From the NCBI GenBank assembly GCA_017499595.2, contig CM039000.1, positions 620,001 through 684,000 on the forward strand: a stretch of 64,000 nucleotides of DNA, in the 5' to 3' direction. Of the stretch, positions 1-9,226 are shown in pieces; position 1 is the stretch's first letter; each line of letters begins with the position of its first letter. This stretch comes from Psilocybe cubensis (Eukaryota). The translations under genes and the position numbers were made by a program. The notes under the pieces were generated by a model. It was not told the origin of the DNA. It searched no databases and worked only from the letters and a program-made list of their open reading frames with translations.

Positions 1-1670
1 CAGTTTGAAGAGGTGTAGGGGGGATTTTGTGAGCTGAGGGGCTGGAATAGTATGAAATTTAAGTGATGAGTAGTGAAATTTGAGTGCTAAAACCTTGAGA
101 AAAGTTACACATTTCAAAAAATATTAAGCGCCCGAATAGACATCACACTGAATTGCGTGAACACAGCAATTCCAAAGGCATTCCTCAGGTATCTCTGTAT
201 AGCAGCAGATACTACCATACCCCTAATCACTCACATCGTGCATCCCATGTCAACAATCCCAAAAAATTCAACAAAATTTTCAACTCACGTACATACCAAC
301 ATCCTCCCCCTCCCCCGATTCGCGAATACAGCCCATTTCGAACGCCTCCCTTTCTTCCTGGTCTTTTCCGGCACTAACGGGGACCTGCTCGGCTAGGCTA
401 GGCTGCCGTCACCCGACCTAGAAGGACGGAAATGAAAGCAACCACTGACGGTCTTCAGCTGAATACACAAATGCAATGATACGTACCGTACAATTCTGCG
501 CGTTTTCCGCGTATTCCTGGCATTTAGGGTGTTTTAATACGTTACCTATGGTGTTATGCTGGTGTCTGGGCGTCGGATCGAAGGTTGAAAAGTCGTAAGG
601 TTTGTCTGGTTTCGTATTGCAAGTGTGCTCATGGAGCCGAATGCCCTCATTGTTGGAATAACGGGTTTACATGGTTTTTCAATGTCAGGTAGCCCCTGAG
701 TGATATGATAGATGCTCTTCAGTATGTGAGTATGTCTGCGAGACTTGTTGAGCTCGGAGCACGATGGAAAAGGGTGTACTGCGTATCAACTCCAAATAAG
801 CGCCGAGAACGTGCATATCTACATACAGTGCAAAACAACACTACACACACCTCTAGAAAGATGACAGGGGTAATAATACCTCTCAGCTCTACCCCTCCAA
901 ACCATCCACCCCGCGGAACCATCGAAACAGCTGAACCAATCACATCCGAATCTGCACCTCCTCTCCCAAATCCGCATTCCACCCCATTCCAACCGCATTT
1001 CTTTTCTTCCGGCTTCGGAATCTCACCACCTCGGCTACTCAGAGTCATAACGGCAGATCAGAAGAAGACAGCGGCGTTCAATTTGTCGCTGTGCAGAAGA
1101 CGAGTTTTACGGGTGTTGACTACAGAGCAAGTGTCCGCACTCCGGGAGAGCTAGAATGTGTCGTTTGTGTGATTATGGGTAGAATACGTATGGGTGGTGA
1201 ATTGAATGTACGTACTGGTTTCCCCGAGTCGTGAAGCATTTGAAAATTGTGGAAGATTTGGTGCTAAAGTTTTGTTATTCGTCGTTCAGGCAATTTTGAG
1301 GAAATGGAGTGTATCATGAATCCAGTACTTGTATTGTCCTGGTTTGCGTCTTCAAGCATTGTAAATCTTTATTCTTTATTGAGTTGAATATAATTCTCTC
1401 TTGAGCGCAATGCATCGACATCAGCTCAAACAAACAAATGTACGAAATCATATTTCACAATACAACACACCCACCCAAAGTTTCACTCACTGCAAACGGA
1501 GAAACCACATCCAATCTACAATCTCGACACACACGGACGATCGGACCACAACTCGCGTAACCCAAATCCGAACCCGCACTAACAAGCGACACCGAAAAAA
1601 AAAAAGAATCTGTATATTTCATTATTCGGTCTACTTACGACATGTAACAGGCGTACTAGTAACAGCCCCA

Positions 1671-3937
1671 CGCGGGTATATAAAGACCACGCACCTTGCT
1701 GGCCTTTCTTCATCCCCTCACCGCCTACTCTCCTCTGCCTCTTCAGCTCTCCTCTTCTTTTCTCTTCGGGCTTGGATGGCGCGTTCTGGCAGACGGTGAG
1801 CCTTCTAGTTCGTTCTCGACGGCGCTGACGTTGTGCACTATATAGGCATTGGTGAGTGATATTGACACGACGCCGAGGCGATTCTGACGCGTTTCTCATA
1901 GGCCCGCGCACCACGATGAAAACACCCCTCCTAACCTTGCCCGTAAAGGTGAGTTGCACCCACCCAACGATGCGCTGCTACTCACTTTGCTTCTCGCTGC
2001 ACAGAAAAGTAAGGATTTCCGTGAGTCGGGGCCCCTATGACACGCAGAGCGCTGACAACGCACCTTGACAGAATGGCCTCTCGATCCATCCACCTGACGG
2101 CGTGGGCTGGTTGATACCGTGAAGGTTGCTGGAAAGGTCCTAGACGGTGTGGACACGATAACGACGGTAAGTAGTAGGGCAATAACTAACAGATGCTTTA
2201 CTGACCCACCTTGAAATTAGATTCCCCGCCCGCCTCTGTCACTGCAAGTTGGATCCATTGGACTATGAGGGGACATAACATGCCCCCCAAATCCCGCTCC
2301 ACGGTGAGTGTCGAGAGCGACTGAAAGTGCTTGCTGATTAATCCGACGCTTGCTGGGGTAGACGACCCTACGCGGGTATAAAGACCACGGGTGTTGCTGG
2401 CATTCTTCATCTTTGGGCTTGGATGACGTGTTCGGGCAGACGGTGAGCTTTGTAGTCGACAGCGCTGACGTTGAGCACACCAGAGCCACCGTTTGAGGCG
2501 ACGGTGAGTAACATGCACACGATGCCAATGTGATTCTGACGCATTCCTCGTAGAAGTGCTATAGGTGCGTTGGTCACCGCAGAACGCTGACAACATACCT
2601 CGACAGAACACCACCTAGCCTGTCCCGCTCTGCCCAGACCAGCCAACACCGCTTCTCGCTACACAGACAAGGCATTGCCTACAGAATTTCTGTGAGTCGG
2701 GGCCCCTGATACGTAGAAAGCTGACGAAATACCTTGACAGAATGTCTTCTTGATCCATCCCGCTCCTCTCCCTGGCATAACGATTGACGGCGTGAAAAAA
2801 AAGAAGTTTAGATGCGTAACGAACTGCAGAGTACTGACCGTGCCGATTACTCCATCCCACACTCTCCTTGTATCCTTTCCCTCTCCGCATTGCCCCATAC
2901 CACCAATGACCGCGCGCAGCGACACTGTCTTGACGGCCGTCCAGAATGCATGCAGCTGAGGGGAGAGAGGTAAGCACAATCCCTCGCGGTCAAAAGAATT
3001 GTCAACTTACTGACCGGTGATACAAGCTGTTGAAAATTGACATGGCCTGCCCACACCATCGATGACCTGCGCTGTGTGCTGGATAGCGCGCAGTGACGCT
3101 GTCTTGACGGCCGCCCAGAATGCACACAGCTGAGGGAAAGCGGTAAGCACGGTCCCTTGAGGTTGAAAGAGTTGTCTACTGACCTGTGACACAAATCGAC
3201 CCCCTAGGTCCATGGATAGCGAGCAAAGACTCTTGACCGCAAGGTAAGCCGTCGATATAATAACCCAACCAACCTATTGACGCACCAATTGACCTCTAGT
3301 CGGGCACGACTGTATGCGCGAGCCTTGTTCTTTGAGGCGCAAGGAACCTTGGGTGTTGGTTAAAGGTATGCCCGCTCAGTTTGTCTGCGAAACTGTCTTG
3401 AATGGCGGGCTGAATGCTGCATGCACTGTGGCTTGACGGGGGTGGAAAGACTCTGCAAGGGTGCTGTCACTGGCTTGGGCATCCATCGCTTGTCCCATGA
3501 CGGCGGCGTGTCGACGTTGGGATCAACGTTGTTTAGTGATGAGTCTGCGTGCTGCCACATTCCCCTATACGGACATGCGGCCTCAAGCTGAGATCCAACA
3601 ACTGAGAAAGTCAAATATAAAAAGACGGACAATAACGTACCTCAGTTTCCCCTAGATGCTCACAAATATCAAGGTAGGCGAAGATCGGGGTGTGTGAGTG
3701 AGAAGACGAAGCGGGTAATATAGGTGCTGTGGGGATGAGGCGGAGAGTGCAACATGTGTCGCCTCCTTCATCTTCCAACGGAAAGGACTTGAGCGCAAGG
3801 TGCACGGCGTGACGGTGGTCAAGGAGCTCATCAAAAACGAAGGCCGACTGCCTTCTTCAAGGGGCTGACGCCAAAGGTATGCCAGTGTCCTACTTAGTTG
3901 CAATTCGCCGCATGCACCGCATCGACACAACGTCTAG
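1671..3937 (+). other. Intron-dense transcription unit without a long ORF (spliced ncRNA, small-peptide gene or decayed gene), copy 1
   Basis: TATA-like GTATATAAAG at ~1676, then GT..AG introns, most with a CTGAC/CTAAC-type branch point, at 1796-1845, 1852-1901, 1949-2004, 2021-2071, 2167-2220, 2304-2361, 2443-2483, 2504-2553, 2565-2606, 2692-2740, 2970-3026, 3143-3207, 3244-3299; weaker candidates with donors at 3366, 3674 and 3877. Confidence 0.6.
3791..3876 (+). pseudogene. Isolated exon fragment resembling the C-terminal part of mitochondrial GTP/GDP carrier GGC1 (frameshifted)
   Basis: ERKVHGVTVVKELIKNEG/TAFFKGLTPK followed by donor GTATGC; resembles the KNEG.TAFFKGLTPK motif I recall for fungal Ggc1. 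One base is missing after GAAGGC. Confidence 0.7.
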
Positions 3938-4639
3938 TGATTACTTGCTAAAACAGGTATACATACATCTCGTAGTGTAGAGTATGATTCAGGAGCACAT
4001 GCACAGCTGGTGGGGATAGATAGGGTAGGTAGGTTACTATAGGTGTAGTAGTAGTATGTCGGCTGTACACACATGAAAAAAGGTATAAGTGTTAACGTGA
4101 ATGTGAATCTGGGAAAACAAGGTCATAAAGATGGGAGAAAATTAAATATAGGAAATGTGCGGTCGGGTGTGCGTGCACACTATGCAGCAGAGGAGAACAC
4201 AACAGGCAGAAGGTAGAGGTGGATGATAACGAGGTGAACATGCCGAAGAAGAAGAAAAAGAGGAGAACAATGCAGAGGAGGGAAAATCGAGAACGAAATT
4301 GAAGGAAGACGAAACGAGAATCAAATCAGAACGGCTCGAAATCCAAAATCCAGTTCCGATTCCAATAGTTTTCTACAACAACTCTACTCTACAAAGATCT
4401 TCTACTTTTACAAATTCGTCTTCGACACGTCAACGCGTCGTCGACGATCACCCGCGTACCGCGCCACCTGCTCTGCAGTGGTCACTCGTCCTCGCACGCA
4501 CGCGTGCAAGTGCACAAATCAAGCACGACCGGTGAGTCTTTCTACTACATCAAAACAAAAAAAAGCAGAAACGGGGGAAAGAAATAGAAAACAAAAGGAG
4601 AAAGCGGGAACTGGACTGGACGATATACACGAGGGGCTT

Positions 4640-4660
4640 GGTGGTGGTGGTGGTGGTGGT
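4640..4660. repeat. (GGT)7 microsatellite; (GGT)6 in haplotype B
   Basis: Read directly; compare 15363-15380. Confidence 0.9.
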
Positions 4661-4917
4661 GGCAACAACAGACAGCATCGAGCGCCAGGCGGTCTAGGGA
4701 TGGACAGAAGGGATCCTCCGAGCATGCATGCACGCGCGTGTGCTCCCCTCCCTCTCATCCTCCGAGGTGTGATGTTGGCCCGCAAAAAGTGAATAGGTGC
4801 GTATGTGGGTGGAAATCAACTCCGGGTATCGGTTACTGAACTAGATGGGAAGGGGGGGAGGAGACTTGGACAGACATGTATGGTATGCAGGGAGGCACGA
4901 CGGAAGAAGGAGGGCGC

Positions 4918-6711
4918 TCAGAGTGAGAACCACTGCCTCTTCGCGTGAAGCCTCCTGTGCGCGGTGGTTGCAGCTACTTTCACCTGTGGCTCGGGCTCGG
5001 GCGATTTCTTGACGAGCACGCCCTCCTCCGGGGAGGGAAGCAAAGCGCGTCTCCTGCGCCTGCTCGAGCGCTTCTGGCAAGACGGGGCGGGGTTGCCGTT
5101 GTCGTTGCTGGTAGAAACAGAAGCAGCGGATGCAGAAGAAGCGGAGGCAGAGGCAGAGGAAGAAGCGCCTGCGGCGAGGTTGGCGGGGGCGGGGCTTGCA
5201 CCGGTGTTCCCACCTGAGTTTGCGTTGTTCGAGCCTGAGCCGTTGTTTGAGTTGGGTTTGTTCGAGCCCGAGTTGTTGTTGTTGGAGCCAGAATTGTTGG
5301 AACCGGAGTTGCCTGCGGGAGCACTCGGAGCGCCGGCAAAGATATCGTTCTGCGCGCCTGAAAAGAAGAATCGCAAAAAAACGCCAGGTCAGCCACTTAC
5401 AATCCGAAATAAAAAAAAAATAATCATTGAAACCAACCATCAGCGAAACCCAGCTTGGCATTGTATGCTGGAGACTTGAAGCTGCCTGAAAGGTCGTATC
5501 CACTGACAGCGATGTTGTTGCCCTCGTTCTGGTTCCAGTAAATCATCTGCTTCGAGCCCTTGACGCAGGCACCTGGGTTGCCCTCGCACCACACGGGTGG
5601 CTGTGGGGGTGCAATGGGCGTAGTGCTCTTCGCGCCGGTGACTTTGCACTTGAATGGCTGGTGGTACATGTTCGGCTGGCCGCAGCCGTTCGGGACCCAT
5701 CCCCACTGTGGAAAGAGTTAGACGAAAAATGTGAAGTTTGAATAGAAGTCGGCTTACAGCGCAGATGCAGCCTCCTTCAGGGCAGGCGGGCAAGTTGGCC
5801 GGGACATCGTAGCTGATAACGCGCTTCCAGGGTGTGCTGTGGGGGATTTTATTGATAAGCGTCATTGATTTATTTGCAAGGAATGAAAACCACTCACTTA
5901 TAACGAACAGTGAACACTGCAAGGTTCTGGGGAGTTACTGCCTTGATGTCAGACTAGAAAGTATTTGCAAAGTGAGCGCTAGATATGATTTTGAACGAGA
6001 GTTGGGGACTTGCGTTGTACGAGATTGCGAATGCGGTTCCGGCCGCCATAGACTGATTCTGGGCATGCACTGCACAAAAATGAATCAGCAAAAACGCCAA
6101 GAAACGAGGGCCGCTCACTGTTTGGGGACGTGATGCATGAAGGGACATTCTGTGAGGCACAGTGGGTTAATTAATCAGTTGCTAGGAATATGGGAAAGAC
6201 ACGCACATAGTCCTCGGGGTATGTCGCACCGTCTGGCCATTCTGAGGTGTCGCGCCCGTTGTACGCCAGCGTGGTCTTTGCGCGGTTGGAGGCGATCTCG
6301 ACGGTGAAGCTTCCACCAGCAGGACTGAAGTCGGGGTTTAGACGACGGAAATCAAAAATACAGGTGTGTTGGGACTCACAGCTCGAGGAAGTCCCCGTCT
6401 GCAGGAGGATATAGGTCACACTAGGTTAACAATTGCGTTGTTGATATGATGGACTGCAGAGTGTTGTTTAATGAGATGAACATAGCACAACGGCAAAACA
6501 CGTACACCACCAATCCTTAAAGTTGAGCTGGACAATCGCGTAGGAATTCAAGTCTTGCGCAGCTTGCGGACCCTATAGAAAGAATGTAGATTCTTCAGCG
6601 GTTCTGAACATTTTGAAATGAGGACTACATTCCTTTGTGGAAAGCTGCAAGATGGGCGTTGGCGCCGCTTAGCCACAAGGCCGCTGTGAGAAGGGTTGCA
6701 GCTCGAAACAT
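4918..6711 (-). pseudogene. AA14-like lytic polysaccharide monooxygenase, copy 1 (haplotype A), probable pseudogene
   Basis: Signal peptide MFRAATLLTAALWLSGANA followed directly by His (HLAAFHKGM). Manually spliced exons give ...DFLELPAGGSFTVEIASNRA...MHAQNQSMAAGTAFAISYNSDI...TPWKR...[36 protein letters not shown]...[13 protein letters not shown]...GFADGAQNDIF, which I recognise as AA14-type motifs, then an N/S/G/A-rich tail. TAG at 6625-6627, 12-bp exon deletion, intron 3 reduced to 16 nt. Confidence 0.85.
5954..6013 (-). other. GC-AG intron (60 nt) in the LPMO gene, present in all copies
   Basis: TAC AAC|GCAAGT...TTTCTAG|TCT GAC ATC gives in-frame AISYN-SDIKAV. Confidence 0.8.
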
Positions 6712-6839
6712 TGACTTGAACTTGTTGAGCCGCGTTGAAAAAGAGTGTGGTTGGCCTTGAAGAAAGTTTGGCGTAAACCGAGCGGGATGGTACAGGAAGG
6801 AGTCGTACAAGTCGTTGGAGTGAAAAGTTGACAGTCTAG

Positions 6840-6845
6840 TTTATA
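6840..6845 (-). promoter_or_regulatory. Candidate TATA box of the LPMO gene
   Basis: TATAAA on the minus strand about 130 bp upstream of the ATG at 6711; retained in both haplotypes. Confidence 0.4.
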
Positions 6846-7369
6846 AGCTAATCAGGAAGTGAGCGGATGGATGATACCCTGCGTTCATCATGGAAGAAGG
6901 GGAGGCAGACCACCTAAATTGATAGATTACTATTTATGATGTGCAGATGTTGCTTTTTCTGGCGAGTTTTTTCTCGGTAAAATGTCGAGATCTATTAATA
7001 GGCCAAAAAAAGAGCGTAGTCCATGCATTCCAACACCTTCAATTTATCGTACAAGCAGAGGTTAGCCCCGCCCGAAGGCCAGAATGGGGCGTAACCGGTC
7101 TATCTACAGGGAAATCACTCACCGGCGAAAATCTGTCAAGGTCACGGGACAAACATCCTACCACAACGACGGGTCATACGTGTTCTTCCCGGGTTGACAA
7201 TAGGCCCGCCTACGTCGTGTTAGAGGGTTCAAGGGCCCCGCGCGGGTCCACTTCAGAGGTGTCCAACAATAATCGCTAGAGCATACCCCTGCGTCAAAGC
7301 TCCCCGGACGCCATTATGTTGTGTCAGAGCATAGCGGGGTGACTCGAGGGTGCTGAACGGAAATTAGGG

Positions 7370-8090
7370 TGAGTCCTGCTCGCCGGGTCAAAGCAACGAT
7401 GTGTCGTGTTTGTCTAACGCCATACTGGTGCTGGGTGAGGAGTAGGCTGTATCCAGTTCGGCAGACAGCAATACATCTCCAGTTGGGTGGGTGCATAGCA
7501 CTGCCTCCAAAGAGGCTGGACAACATTGGATGAAGGAGGAGATGCGCGTCTTGCCGGACGGCAATACATGGATAAGAGTTGGGTAGATCCTACTCGCCGG
7601 AAGACGATATGCTGCATTGGGGCATATGTAGTCGAGACGAGCAAAGGGGAGAATTGAGCTCGCCGGACGGCGATACATAGCGTCAGCGCATAGTGGGTTA
7701 AATCCTGCTTGCCGCAAGACGATGCATCGCGTTGGAGCATCCGCTGGTTGCACATAGAGTCAAAACAAGCAAAGAGGAGGGCCCAGCTCGCCGGACGGCA
7801 ATACATAGCGTCAGAGCGTAGTTGGACAAGGAGTGTGGTGGATCCTGCTCGCCGGAAGACGACGCATTGCGTTGAAGCATCCGTTGGTCGCACATGGAGT
7901 CGATACGAGTAAAGGGGAGGGTCCAGCTCGCCGGACAGCGATATATCGTGTCGGGGCATTATTTGGTGTCCTTGGGACAAGCAAAGCGGGTGGGTTTAGC
8001 TCGCCGGACGACGATATGTTGCCTCAGAGCATCTTTAGGCATGCTGGCACTAGCGAGTCGCGGGGAAGAAATACATTGCGTCGGAGTAAT
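7370..8090. repeat. Degenerate direct-repeat field built on CTCGCCGGA(A/C)G(A/G)C(G/A)AT
   Basis: Motif variants near 7379, 7456, 7550, 7593, 7659, 7708, 7787, 7848, 7927 and 8000, spaced about 45-95 bp apart. Confidence 0.85.
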
Positions 8091-8446
8091 CTGGGTTATG
8101 GAAAACAGTTAAGCACATGTCTAGCACTCTGAACAGCAATACACTTACCAATACCATGGCCCTTTATTCTCAAGGCGAGTATCGATGCATAGCTTCAAGG
8201 CGAAACTGATACAAAGTCAGTACATGTTTTCAACACTATATCCAATGTCACATACCTCTTGGTTACCGCGCATTCCTTTACCAGCATTCGTCGGACACCC
8301 GAATCTCAAATTTGATTCTGCACACATTGTCAGTACTATATAAGTCTTTGAAGGTATAAAACTTACAAGGTTGAAACCAGATTACGTAGCCCGAGAGCCC
8401 AAGGTTGATACTAGAGCATGGCATAGGCAGAGTGCGATGCCAAGGA

Positions 8447-8570
8447 GGGTGCATGACGATGAGGAACGTCCACGACGAGGAGGGTGCACAACAATGGGTG
8501 CATGACGAGGAGGGTACGCAAAAAGAAAGGTGTGCAACGAGGGAGGTAACGACGAGGACGGGTACACGTC
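8447..8570. repeat. Short degenerate repeats (GACGAGGAGGGT(G/A)C-like)
   Basis: GGGTGCATGACGA occurs twice and GACGAGGA three times within about 120 bp. Confidence 0.6.
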
Positions 8571-9200
8571 GACGTACATCCAGCATTAGGGCATAATGCA
8601 CGGCTGGGTTTCATGAAATTCCAGTCCCTCTTTATACTCTTTTTTTCCAAGTTTTCAAGGTCACGTTGTAATTTTGCTGGCACATCACCTCATTTCTGTA
8701 GCTTCATCAATTAGACTAGTCTTCGCTTCACTCCAACTTCGTTTACGAAGTGTAAAATTTATTTTATGGAATGCCATAATTTGACTCTTAGGAGTCCGGG
8801 AATATGAGTGATTCCACTTCCCTGTTTGCTCTCCAACTTGAATTCCAAGGCAGAAGATCCTGCTACAAATGTCCGAAAACTGTCCACATCCACAAATTAC
8901 ATTCCATGCTCGAGCACTGGAACAGCCGCTTTCCATCCTCGTAAACTCGTATCATTGTGCTAGACCCGGAGATCCACTTACGCGTAGAAGGCCGTAGTTT
9001 TGTTGAACGTTGCTTCACAACATTACGTGCATTTACATCCAACATAACGTCCTGTACCGCTGGCACAACACGCGCATAATGCACATTCAGCATTCAGGTA
9101 TCCTGAATGCGACGCGACACATCTCATCCCGAGCAAAAAGACCCTGAACGCGAGCACCCCTAAACGCGAATTGGTTTCGGATAACAAAGTCAGCTGAACT

Positions 9201-9226
9201 TGACGCGACGCGTCGGACGCGTGTCA
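9201..9226. promoter_or_regulatory. ACGCGT-rich palindrome (TGAC-GCG-ACGCGTC-G-GACGCGT-GTCA), possible promoter element
   Basis: Perfect 7-bp inverted repeat containing two ACGCGT (MCB-like) sites, with more CGCG motifs at 9110-9170; core unchanged in all six units. Confidence 0.4.

Noticed and set aside
705-1154. 149-aa plus-strand ORF in all units
   Set aside because: No recognisable homology; composition follows the local C/A skew.
1135-1156. Helitron 3' end (CTCCGGGAG then CTAG)
   Set aside because: Stem is too short, too close to the CTAG, and altered in units 3-4.
4545-4733. Poly-His, poly-Pro or poly-Gly ORFs
   Set aside because: Translations of the (GGT)n microsatellite; no other coding signal.
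4964-5479. Plus-strand ORFs over the LPMO last exon (and 4841-5503 on the minus strand)
   Set aside because: Antisense or alternative-frame shadows of a GC-rich low-complexity exon.
6625-6627. TAG rescued by A-to-I editing or readthrough
   Set aside because: Reading on enters intron-like sequence and meets TGA eight sense codons later, so readthrough alone does not restore the protein.
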